A stretch of 64,000 nt of DNA from Synergistales bacterium (GTDB lineage: Bacteria > Synergistota > Synergistia > Synergistales > JAFGMB01), in assembly GCA_963666205.1 (NCBI GenBank), contig OY762654.1, positions 1,888,001 through 1,952,000 on the forward strand, in the 5' to 3' direction. The notes beneath the pieces were generated by a model, which worked only from the letters and a program-made list of their open reading frames with translations, was not told the DNA's origin and made no database searches. The position numbers and the translations under genes are program-made. Shown here piece after piece: positions 19,529 through 28,561 of this stretch. Positions within the stretch are counted from its first letter, which is position 1. The number at the start of each line of letters is the position of its first letter.

Positions 19529-19558
19529 TTGACAAACTGGGGGATTAACCTTTATGTT
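19529..19558 (+). promoter_or_regulatory. Sigma70-type promoter of the second csp gene
   Basis: TTGACA-18 bp-TATGTT. Confidence 0.6.
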
Positions 19559-19610
19559 GGTTGTGCTGCTATATAGATGGCAGATGAAAACATTTTAGGA
19601 GGTTACAAAT

Positions 19611-19811
19611 TTGAGTCAGGGAACAGTCAAATGGTTCAACGGTAGCAAGGGTTATGGTTTTATTACTGGCGAAGACGGCAAGGATTATTTCGTTCATTTC
19701 AGCGCGATCAATGTCGATGGCTTCAAGACCCTCGATGAGGGCCAGAAGGTCACCTTCGATGTTGAGTCCGGCCCGAAGGGACCACAGGCATCTAACGTAA
19801 CGCCTGTGTAA
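19611..19811 (+). CDS. Cold-shock protein (CspA family), tandem paralogue
   Basis: Same RNP1/RNP2 motifs; AGGAGG RBS, TTG start. Confidence 0.95.
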   Translation: MSQGTVKWFNGSKGYGFITGEDGKDYFVHFSAINVDGFKTLDEGQKVTFDVESGPKGPQASNVTPV

Positions 19812-19877
19812 GCAGCTTCCTTTCTGCCGGAGTGTATTTCATTTCATAGAACTCTATTTCAGCAGAAGCGAAGACAT

Positions 19878-19910
19878 AAGCGGCGGTCCGAATGGATCGC
19901 CGCTTTTTTT
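19878..19910 (+). terminator. Intrinsic terminator
   Basis: aagcggcggtcc/ggatcgccgctt plus U-tract. Confidence 0.88.
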
Positions 19911-19930
19911 ATATCAGGGTCTTAAGTCCC

Positions 19931-19959
19931 TTGACAAAAGCCCTTCTATTCGTTAGATT
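19931..19959 (+). promoter_or_regulatory. Sigma70-type promoter
   Basis: TTGACA-17 bp-TAGATT. Confidence 0.7.
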
Positions 19960-20108
19960 CTTAACATGGTGAATTAAAGAACTGTCATAATGTTTTCTTC
20001 TTCAGGTGAATCCTGGGAATCTTCCTTTCATTTCAGAAATTGCCGCAATAGCTCTTCCTGACTCGTTCATCAGTTTCTTTAACACAAAAGAATATGGAGG
20101 GGAGTGAA

Positions 20109-21107
20109 ATGAACAAGGCGATCTTTAAGGCTTGTATTGTTATTATTCTTCTTATTCTTCTATTTTCATGTCGAGCACTTTTCTGTGACAGGGCTTTTGC
20201 CCTCTTTCCAGCTGAACTCCTTGCTTCGAATGACATAATAGCCTTTGGCGGGGACGATGGTTCGAATATCCTTCAAAATTCAACAGAAATCACTCTGGAG
20301 ATGGAGTATATTGGTGAAGACCTTTTCTGGACTGGAACTTCGAATGATATTGATGGACTGCTGATAAGAACTATGGAGAGGTCGGCAGAGATGGATGCAG
20401 TATTTCACCTTCCCTGAGGCTGACAATCCTTTACCGTGAGTTTCACGGGTATCACAGGTGCAGAGAATGCCCCGGGACTTGAATGTGACGAAGGATATAT
20501 GGTGAAATGGGATATTACTGTGAAGGATCAGATCCTTTGGGGCAGTATGTATGTTTACAGGAAACCTGGCAACAAACTGATCCCGGTCGATGTTGTCTAT
20601 ATTGAAGAAGGACTCCACCTTGATCTGTATTGTATGAACGAGAACAGTAGCCTTTCTGACGCCTTGTCGATCGGCGAATGTTCAGATAAGGAACTCCAGG
20701 TCTGTATAGACGATTTTGTGAAGCAATGTGAACCGGCAGACCATCTTTTCCTTGTTATTTTCAACAGGGGAACGGAAATGCCTCAACTGTCCACTGAGCC
20801 CGACTGGTTCAGTTACCCCAGCTTTAATGACAGCGAGGACCGGTTTCTCAATGTAGTGGAAGAAAACGGGATCCCTCCGGGTTTATGTGGCATTGTTGAT
20901 CTCGGACCACTTTCAGAGCTTGGAGGCCAGGCTAGTCTTTCTTTTGCTGATGGCAGTAGTCTTGATCTGACCTGGGAAGAGGTCCCCGGCGGCAATGAGA
21001 CTCCTGAAGACACATCCTCCTCAGGAGGATGCGCTTTAAGCCTGATAAGCAGAGAAAGCCTTCTAATATTCCTTGCCCTTTTCCTTGTATTTGTCTGGAA
21101 GCCGTAG
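20109..21107 (+). pseudogene. Surface protein with Synergist-CTERM-like sorting signal, interrupted by two in-frame TGA codons (20415, 20421)
   Basis: ORFs 20094-20417 and 20436-21107 share a frame; the first has a signal peptide, the second ends SSSGGC + TM helix + basic residue. Confidence 0.65.
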
Positions 21108-21150
21108 AAACCAGTATCCGGGTCTCATATGGAACAGATAGACACCATAG

Positions 21151-21190
21151 ATAGCGAGGCGGGGCCGGAATTCCGGCCCCGCCTCGCTAT
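21151..21190. repeat. Perfect 40-bp GC-rich palindrome
   Basis: atagcgaggcggggccggaattccggccccgcctcgctat equals its own reverse complement. Confidence 0.9.
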
Positions 21191-21305
21191 GGCTATATGA
21201 AAACAATTATCATTATGATATGGTATTAAAAACTCTCATAATGGATATTTCAGTCATGGGATAATGAGAGATCAGAGAATGTTTCTCAGCGGGGAGGATG
21301 CATAT

Positions 21306-22118
21306 ATGAAACTTACAGTAGCAGTAGAGAACATGGCAGTATCTGGAGAACTGATGGGGGAGTATGGGTTGAGTTTTCACCTGACCGATGGAGAGAGGAA
21401 TATCCTTATGGATACCGGACAGGGCAGAACCCTTCTCTATAACTCTAAAGTCCTCGGTCTTGATCTCACAAGGGTTGATACTCTCCTTCTGAGTCATGGT
21501 CACTATGACCATGTGGGAGGTTTTTCGGAGATAATAATTCAGAATAGTCGTATGGAAGTATGGGCTCACGAAAGAATTGGAGACCCTCATATGGCTATCA
21601 GGAACGGTAAACCTGCCTTTGCTGGATGTCACATCAACATGGATGTAATTGATTTCAATCCTGTTCGTGGATTAACAAAAATAACTGATAATGTATGGGG
21701 TGTTGAGATCCCCGTTGAAACAAGGGATCCTGAATTCTGGGACAGGCCGGAAAGCCTTGTTGTTCCCTCCGAAGATGGATGGGAACTTGATCCTTTCCAC
21801 GATGATCTCGGTTTTGTCGTGGAAGGAGAGCATGGTCTGAGTGTTATCCTTGGCTGTTCCCATTCAGGTGTTCTGAACATCCTGGATACCGTTGCCAGGC
21901 ATTTCAACACGACCTGTTTCCATACCGTCGTTGGGGGGATGCATACCCGGGCTTTCAAGGCTGAAAAACTTGAAAAACTGACAGGAGAACTTGTAAATCG
22001 CTTCAAGGTGGAGAAGTGGAGACCCTGTCACTGTTCCGGTTTTGGTGCAGCAGCCGCCCTTGCTTCCAGACACGGCAATGTTGACTGGGCAGGTGCCGGA
22101 ATTGAACTGAAACTCTAA
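21306..22118 (+). CDS. MBL-fold metallo-hydrolase
   Basis: EYGLS, DTGQ, SHGHYDHVGG, GCSHSG, GGMH, CHCSG. Confidence 0.88.
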   Translation: MKLTVAVENMAVSGELMGEYGLSFHLTDGERNILMDTGQGRTLLYNSKVLGLDLTRVDTLLLSHGHYDHVGGFSEIIIQNSRMEVWAHERIGDPHMAIRNGKPAFAGCHINMDVIDFNPVRGLTKITDNVWGVEIPVETRDPEFWDRPESLVVPSEDGWELDPFHDDLGFVVEGEHGLSVILGCSHSGVLNILDTVARHFNTTCFHTVVGGMHTRAFKAEKLEKLTGELVNRFKVEKWRPCHCSGFGAAAALASRHGNVDWAGAGIELKL

Positions 22119-22153
22119 CGTTCCTTCAGAACAGAAGATAAAGGATAATATAA

Positions 22154-22182
22154 AAGCCCCGGGCATACTTCTCCCGGGGCTT
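22154..22182. terminator. Hairpin between convergent genes
   Basis: aagccccggg/cccggggctt. Confidence 0.65.
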
Positions 22183-22200
22183 GACTGATTAATATATTTT

Positions 22201-23559
22201 CTAGAGATTCTTAAGGCACTTGCGGGTGATGTCCATACCTTTCTGGATATCCTTGAGAGGAACATTCAGAGCCGGCCTATAGCGTATGGTCAATGGACCG
22301 CATGGCAGGATAAGCATCTTTTCACCATGAAGGGCCTTGAGAAGCTTGTTCCTGGTTTCAGTGTCCGGAAGATCATAGGCGCACATAAGTCCCTTACCTC
22401 TTACATTAGAGATCATGGGGAATTCCTTCTGGAGTTCCTTCAATCCATTAAGCAGAGCGGGACCGGCGGTATTGGCGACATAGTCAAGGATATTTTCCTC
22501 AAGGTATATTTCGAGGTAGCGCTGTGCCCTTACCATATCTACAAGATTGCCGCCCCAGGTGGAATTGATCCTGCTCGATGTTTTCCAGCAGTTACCTTCC
22601 GCCTCGTCAAGACGGGAAGTGGTGCATATTCCGCAGATCTGGGCTTTCTTGCCAAAAGCAAAAATATCGGGCCTTACATCATAGTGTTCAAAGGCCCACA
22701 TCTTTCCAGTAATGCCCATTCCACACTGAACTTCATCAAAGATAAGAAGCATTTCGTGCTCATCACATATTTTGCGAAGGGTTCTCAGGAATTCGCCGCG
22801 GAACTGGTTATCTCCGCCCTCACCCTGTATGGTTTCTACGATAATGGCACAGATATCGTCGGGGTTTTCTGCAATGGCATCTCTGATCTGTTTGATGGAC
22901 TGCTGTTCCGCCCATTTGATCATATTGAGGTTTTCTTCCATGGGCCAGTAGATCTTTGGATTCAGAACCCTGATCCAGTCGTTATACTTGGCGAAATACT
23001 TGTGTTTATTGGGATCATGGGTATTGGTGAGACTGAGGGTATATCCGCTTCTTCCATGGAAAGCCTCATTGAAATGGATGACCTTTGTTCCCCTTTTCCC
23101 TTTTATAGCTCCGCCCTCTGTGAGTTTCCCGGCAGCAATGAGTTTTCGTACCTTCCAGTCCATGGCTGCTTTCAATGCATTTTCGATGGCCAGTGTGCCG
23201 TAATCTATGAAGAAAAGGTGTTCAAAACCTTCAGGAACTGCGACAGTGTCAAAAGCCTTGAGGAACTGTGCCATTTCTATTGTGTAGATATCTGAATTGG
23301 CAACCTTGTTTATTGCAGCCCTGAAGATCTTCTCCTTGAATTCTTCTGTTTCAAGCTTTGGATGGTTCATCCCAAAGGGAGCAGATGCAAAGAAAGTGTA
23401 GAAATCAAGCCACTCGTCTCCATTGATGGCATTCACAATATGGCTTCCCTTTGATTTTTCCATATCGATGACTATATCAAAACCATCCCTTAGCATACGG
23501 GATTCAATTGTGGAGAAAACATCCTTTGCCTCTACTGAAAAATCGAAATCTTTTATCAC
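22201..23559 (-). CDS. lat: L-lysine 6-transaminase-like class III aminotransferase
   Basis: LDFYTFFAS..GMNHP, NSDIY, FHGRSGY, EGGD, DEVQ, FGKK, INSTWGG as in LAT. Confidence 0.85.
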   Translation of the reverse strand: MIKDFDFSVEAKDVFSTIESRMLRDGFDIVIDMEKSKGSHIVNAINGDEWLDFYTFFASAPFGMNHPKLETEEFKEKIFRAAINKVANSDIYTIEMAQFLKAFDTVAVPEGFEHLFFIDYGTLAIENALKAAMDWKVRKLIAAGKLTEGGAIKGKRGTKVIHFNEAFHGRSGYTLSLTNTHDPNKHKYFAKYNDWIRVLNPKIYWPMEENLNMIKWAEQQSIKQIRDAIAENPDDICAIIVETIQGEGGDNQFRGEFLRTLRKICDEHEMLLIFDEVQCGMGITGKMWAFEHYDVRPDIFAFGKKAQICGICTTSRLDEAEGNCWKTSSRINSTWGGNLVDMVRAQRYLEIYLEENILDYVANTAGPALLNGLKELQKEFPMISNVRGKGLMCAYDLPDTETRNKLLKALHGEKMLILPCGPLTIRYRPALNVPLKDIQKGMDITRKCLKNL

Positions 23560-23615
23560 TTTTTAGTCCTCCCTCAAGATCGGTTAATTTAAAGATTGCC
23601 TGGTGACAGTGCCTT

Positions 23616-24560
23616 TCACCGGGTTATCTGGGTTCCTGCATTACCTCTCAGTGCTTCAAGGGCATGATCAAGGCTTGAGATAACAGCCCTTTGTCCACCA
23701 TTTTTCACAAATCTCAATGCAGCCTCTACCTTGGGTCCCATGGAACCGGCTTTAAAATGTCCCAGGGCCTTGAGGTTTTCCAGTTCCTGAACAGATACTT
23801 TTTCAAGCCATTTCTGATCCGGAGTATTGTAGTTTATTGCAACATTAGGAACATCAGTCAGTATTACGAAGATATCCGCATCAAGTTCCTGGGCGAGTTT
23901 TTCGCCTGCAAGATCCTTATCGATTACGGCTTCGACTCCTGTATAATTCCCATTTTTATCCCTGATTACCGGGATGCCTCCGCCTCCTGAAGCTACTACG
24001 ATAAACCCGTCCCTGACAAGATGCCGAATAACATCCCTTTCCACTATGCCCTTAGGATCCGGAGAGGGTACAACCCTTCGCCAGCCCCTTCCAGCATCTT
24101 CTATCCAGGTTTCACCCTTTTCGTCCATTTTGTTCCGGGCCACCTCTTCGGTATAGAATGGACCTACGGGCTTGGTAGGTTTTTTGAAGGCTATGTCTTC
24201 CGGGTCGACTTCAACCCTTGTCACAACGCAGACAGGGTTTCTGCCCGATACTCCATGTTCTGCCATGGCATTTGTAAGACACTGGGAAAACATGTATCCG
24301 ATAAAGCCCTGACTCTCTGCACCGCAGTAATCCATGGGCATAGCCGGGACATGACTGCTTCCCAGTTCATTCTGGATAAGAAGAGCTCCTACCTGCGGCC
24401 CGTTGCCGTGGGTCAGGGCGACATCATATCCGGCTTCTATCATCCTTACGATCTGACTCACTGTCTTATGGACATTTGCCATCTGTTCGGAGGAAGTTCC
24501 CCTTTGACCCGGCTGAAGAATTGCATTTCCTCCCAGCGCTACTACTACTCTTTCTCCCAT
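23616..24560 (-). CDS. arcC: Carbamate kinase
   Basis: VALGGNA, THGNGPQVG, GWRRVVPSP, GGGGIP, EAVIDKD, GSMGPK. Confidence 0.95.
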   Translation of the reverse strand: MGERVVVALGGNAILQPGQRGTSSEQMANVHKTVSQIVRMIEAGYDVALTHGNGPQVGALLIQNELGSSHVPAMPMDYCGAESQGFIGYMFSQCLTNAMAEHGVSGRNPVCVVTRVEVDPEDIAFKKPTKPVGPFYTEEVARNKMDEKGETWIEDAGRGWRRVVPSPDPKGIVERDVIRHLVRDGFIVVASGGGGIPVIRDKNGNYTGVEAVIDKDLAGEKLAQELDADIFVILTDVPNVAINYNTPDQKWLEKVSVQELENLKALGHFKAGSMGPKVEAALRFVKNGGQRAVISSLDHALEALRGNAGTQITR

Positions 24561-24669
24561 TACTATCCCCCTTAGATCTTTCCCCTGTTTCACCAGGGGA
24601 GGGAAGGGGAATATATGGATTCCCCTTCCCTCTGTTTCTCTATCGGTCAGCTAAATCTGGATCACTGTT

Positions 24670-25617
24670 CTAAAGGTTGCCTATGGTCGCCACCATGACA
24701 GCTTTTATGGTGTGCATCCTGTTCTCAGCCTCGTCAAAGACTTTTGAAGCAGCTGATTCGAAGACATCCTCAGTTACTTCTTGGCCCTTGTTCGCCGGAA
24801 GGCAGTGAAGGAAAATGCTATCATCCCTTCCAGTAGCCTTCATGACTTCGGCATTGACCTGGTAGGGCTGAAGAAGGGCCATTCTGGCGGCTTTCTGGTC
24901 TTCCTCACCCATGGATACCCATACATCGGTATAAATCGCATCAGCGCCTTTAACCGCTTCCATGATGTCTGTCTGGAGTTCTATGACGCAGCCATTTTCT
25001 TCTGCGATCCTGCGGCATTCAGCAACGAGACCTTCTTCAGGAAAGAGACTCTCAGGTGCTGCAATAACAAAGTCTATTCCCATCTTCGCGGATCCTATCA
25101 TCAGGGAATTTGCCATGTTGTTCCTTCCATCTCCGGCATAGACAAGCCTGAGTCCCTTAAGGCATCCGAAATTCTCCTGTATGGTAAGGAAGTCTGCCAG
25201 GATCTGGGTCGGATGGTAGGAGTCAGTGAGACCGTTCCAGACCGGAACACCGGCATACTCTGCAAGCTCTTCCACCATGGACTGTTTGAAACCCCTGAAC
25301 TGGATACCGTCGAACATCCTGCCGAGAACCCGCGCAGTATCCTTCACATCTTCTTTCCCACCGAGATGGATGTCATTTTTTCCCAGGAATTCCGCGTATC
25401 CGCCTTCATCCTGGCATCCCACTGTGAAAGCGCACCTGGTCCTGGTAGAAGCTTTTTCGAAAAGAAGGGCAATGCTTTTTCCCTCGAGCAGCTTTGTCCT
25501 TATACCTGCCCTCTTTTTGGCCTTCAGATCCATGGACAGTTGAAGCAGGTACTGGATCTCCTGGGTGCTGAAATCCTTGAGTGTCAGAAAATGTCTTCCC
25601 TTGAGATTAAATGGCAT
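24670..25617 (-). CDS. argF: Ornithine carbamoyltransferase
   Basis: STRTR, HPTQ, DVWVSMG, HCLP, AENR. Confidence 0.93.
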   Translation of the reverse strand: MPFNLKGRHFLTLKDFSTQEIQYLLQLSMDLKAKKRAGIRTKLLEGKSIALLFEKASTRTRCAFTVGCQDEGGYAEFLGKNDIHLGGKEDVKDTARVLGRMFDGIQFRGFKQSMVEELAEYAGVPVWNGLTDSYHPTQILADFLTIQENFGCLKGLRLVYAGDGRNNMANSLMIGSAKMGIDFVIAAPESLFPEEGLVAECRRIAEENGCVIELQTDIMEAVKGADAIYTDVWVSMGEEDQKAARMALLQPYQVNAEVMKATGRDDSIFLHCLPANKGQEVTEDVFESAASKVFDEAENRMHTIKAVMVATIGNL

Positions 25618-25701
25618 TTTCTCAAACCTCCCATTTTTTATTTTTAAAACTCGTAACGATAAAGGTTCGATAATTGAATATGGAAATTTATTGATTCCTA
25701 G

Positions 25702-25736
25702 TATATCATATTGATATATGATATATCAGATATCAG
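25702..25736. promoter_or_regulatory. Overlapping TGATATA/TATATCA palindromes (probable GntR operator)
   Basis: tatatcatattgatatatgatatatcagatatcag between divergent OTC and GntR genes. Confidence 0.6.
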
Positions 25737-25864
25737 TTGTTTTTCAATCATCTTTTTTAAGAAGTCGATCACGTTGTAAATGGAATTTGAAGAAGGTTTC
25801 TTTTCAATGAATTGAAGATCCAGGGGGAAAGATATTATTTCTGCCGGGAAAAGGGGAATATAAA

Positions 25865-26542
25865 ATGATCACAGATCCGATCCTGAATAACAAATCCTTG
25901 CGTCAGCAGGTTTATGAATATCTGAGAAATGAAATGATACAAGGCAGTTTCAGGCCAGGTTCCTTTCTGAAACTGAAAGAGATCGGGGCAAACCTGGGCA
26001 TAAGTGTTACACCCCTTCGAGAAGCCCTGCTTCAATTGGAAGTACAGGGTTTCATAACCATTTACCCAAGACGGGGATTTGTGGTGAACGAGCTGAGCCT
26101 TGAGGATATAAAGTTTGCCTACCAGATAATAGGAGCCCTTGAGTCATCTGTAGTTATCAATGAACGGGATAAGATCACACCCAATGTTATTAAGTTACTG
26201 AAGAAAAAGAACAAGGCTCTCCGGGTGTTGCTTGAAAAGGGCAATTATAATGAGTATTTTCTTCTGATGGACGAGTTTCACGATGTGCTGGTCAACCTGT
26301 CTTCCAATGAAGGTCTGAAGGAGATACTTAACATCCACAAAAGCAGGATCTATGATTTCCCCCCAAAGGGAAATTTCCCTTTCCTGGGAACCTGGGGTGA
26401 TGGTTCATGTGAAGAGCATGAACATATTATAGAACTGCTTGAAAAGAGCGATTTTTATGAAGCTGCCAGGTATTTAAGGGATGAACACTGGTCCTTTGCA
26501 GTTCATGAGGATTACATAAAACATTATTATCAGCCTGAGTAA
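25865..26542 (+). CDS. GntR-family (FCD) transcriptional regulator
   Basis: SLRQQVYEYL..GISVTPLREAL..PRRG; EEHEHII. Confidence 0.92.
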   Translation: MITDPILNNKSLRQQVYEYLRNEMIQGSFRPGSFLKLKEIGANLGISVTPLREALLQLEVQGFITIYPRRGFVVNELSLEDIKFAYQIIGALESSVVINERDKITPNVIKLLKKKNKALRVLLEKGNYNEYFLLMDEFHDVLVNLSSNEGLKEILNIHKSRIYDFPPKGNFPFLGTWGDGSCEEHEHIIELLEKSDFYEAARYLRDEHWSFAVHEDYIKHYYQPE

Positions 26543-26591
26543 AAACAGTCTTTGTTTTTTCAAAGAGGAGACGGATCTTTCAAGTCTCCTC

Positions 26592-27125
26592 TTATCTTCC
26601 TTTTCTTAGAAAGGTTCCTCCGAAGACGCTTTTAAGGTCTACAAGAAAGGCAAATCCCTCGTAATCGTGAGCCAGATCAAGGACATGTGTGTAGCTTTTC
26701 CTGTCACAGACCACTTTCAGTACCAGGCGCATACCGCCCTTACCCTCACCTCTGAGGACAGTGGTCCCGAATCCCTGATCCCTGAGTTTTTCTACAAGTT
26801 CCATTCCTTTCTCCACATCGGAGAGGATCACTTCCACCAGTACATGGCCATTCATGATCTTTTCCTCGATGAAAGATCCCATAAAGTTGCCGGTAGCGAA
26901 TCCTCCGGCGTAGGCGATTATATTCGCCACGTTGTCCAGACCGCCTGCTTTAAGAACATATGTAAGGGAAAACAGATAGATCATTATCTCGAAAAAACCG
27001 ACTATGGCCGCCTGCAGCCTTTTCCCCTTAACAATGAGCAGCATCCTGAAGGTAGCCATGGAAACATCGCAGACCCTTGCCGCGAAAATAAGAATTGTTG
27101 ACAGAATCACTATATTACTTATCAC
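26592..27125 (-). CDS. UPF0316 / DUF5698-DUF2179 membrane protein
   Basis: ARVCDVSMATFR, GFFE, AYAGGFATG, LRDQGFGTT. Confidence 0.85.
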   Translation of the reverse strand: MISNIVILSTILIFAARVCDVSMATFRMLLIVKGKRLQAAIVGFFEIMIYLFSLTYVLKAGGLDNVANIIAYAGGFATGNFMGSFIEEKIMNGHVLVEVILSDVEKGMELVEKLRDQGFGTTVLRGEGKGGMRLVLKVVCDRKSYTHVLDLAHDYEGFAFLVDLKSVFGGTFLRKGR

Positions 27126-27175
27126 AATTATCCCCTCACCAGGTATATATTATTTATTGGCTTTTTCTGAAAGAC

Positions 27176-28342
27176 TCAGTCCCATTTTCTGGATACTATG
27201 ACAGGGAGTGCAATACTCGGAATAACTCCCATGAGGATCATTATGACGGGCAGGCCGAAATTGTCGGCAATAGCACCGAGAAATACTGTAAAAACCCCTC
27301 CGAAACCGAAGGCGAATCCCATAATGATGGAACTTGCCATACCCCTTGCATGGGGGGCCATGCGCTGTGCCATTGCATTGGTTATTGGTTCCGTAGCAGT
27401 CAGGAGCGCGTAACCGGCCATATAAAGGCCTATTGATACAACACCCTGAGTAAGGGCGGCTGGAACAAGAAGGAAGGGTATTATTACAAGCAGAACGATA
27501 AGTGCCTTTTTCGGACCAAAAAGGTCAGCCATCTTTCCGCATATTATGGGAGAGATGGATGAGCCTATTGTTATTATAAAGAGAACTGTCCCTATGGTGA
27601 CAAGAGACCCCCCCCTTGCAGCGATAACGAGGGGAAGGAAAAATCTTAAACCCTGCCCGGTCACTGCCCTCAGGAAGGCTACTATCCATATTCTGTAAAC
27701 TACCCTGAACACATCCCAGAAATTCCTGAAAAATCCTCCAGTTGCCGGTTTGAAATCAATTCCGTCCTGTATCGACGGAATGTAGTAGTAGATCAGCCCG
27801 ACTGTTATCAATACAGGTACCATGGCAACAACAGGCATCCAGTGATAGTTGAAGATCTTGACAAGGCTTACTGCGTAGAGGGGGCTTAAAGCTCCCGCAA
27901 GCATTCCTCCAAATCCAAAGAAGGCAAGAGATGAAGAAAGAGTCACTTCACTGCATAAATGACCTATGCTCCCACTTCCCTGGGGGTGATATACAGCAGT
28001 GCCTATTCCCCATATGAGAACAAAGACCAGTGCTGTAAAGTAATTGGGAGCCATTGGAAGAAGGGTAGCTCCCAGGCATGCTAACACGGGTCCGGAGATC
28101 ATGTACCTGGGTGAAGTTGTTTTATCTGCAAGATAACCGAAAAGAGGTTGTCCAACCATATTTATGAATCCGGATATGGAGTTGAGAAGACCGGCCTGGG
28201 TAAGGGAAATACCCAGTCTTTCAACAATACCCGGTATGAAAGTCGGCAGGAAAGACAGATGAATATCGTTGATAAAGTGAGCCAGGCATATCAGGGCTAT
28301 CTGGAGAGCGGGTTTTTTTGTTTTTGTCTGGAAAATAGAAAT
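27176..28342 (-). CDS. MFS transporter, Fsr-like (probable ATT start at 28342)
   Basis: Frame extends 61 codons above the ORF-track ATG and includes AHFINDIH; QPLFGYLADK, YHPQG; AGGAGG 8 nt before ATT. Confidence 0.82.
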   Translation of the reverse strand: MSIFQTKTKKPALQIALICLAHFINDIHLSFLPTFIPGIVERLGISLTQAGLLNSISGFINMVGQPLFGYLADKTTSPRYMISGPVLACLGATLLPMAPNYFTALVFVLIWGIGTAVYHPQGSGSIGHLCSEVTLSSSLAFFGFGGMLAGALSPLYAVSLVKIFNYHWMPVVAMVPVLITVGLIYYYIPSIQDGIDFKPATGGFFRNFWDVFRVVYRIWIVAFLRAVTGQGLRFFLPLVIAARGGSLVTIGTVLFIITIGSSISPIICGKMADLFGPKKALIVLLVIIPFLLVPAALTQGVVSIGLYMAGYALLTATEPITNAMAQRMAPHARGMASSIIMGFAFGFGGVFTVFLGAIADNFGLPVIMILMGVIPSIALPVIVSRKWD

Positions 28343-28561
28343 TTTGCTGTCCTCCTAATATAATATTCTGAATCCGAATGTATATTCTAACATTGATTTT
28401 CATTATTATCATAGAACTCTTATTGGTCGAAGAGCCTCATGTTCCTTCTAAGGAAGAATGCACACTGTCATCCCTTTTGATTTCTGGTGTTAGTCATTAT
28501 TTGATAAAATTTTCATGTGTTTTGAATTATTAACACCAACTTATATTATGGAGGGACATAA

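Noticed and set aside
20004..20070. c-di-AMP (ydaO) riboswitch suggested by GGTGAATCC
   Set aside because: Other conserved elements (GCTGAATCC, CGGGGGA, CAGCTAAC) are absent
22327..25647. Long plus-strand ORFs (322, 184, 288 aa) opposite lat, arcC and OTC
   Set aside because: Antisense shadows with no recognisable protein features
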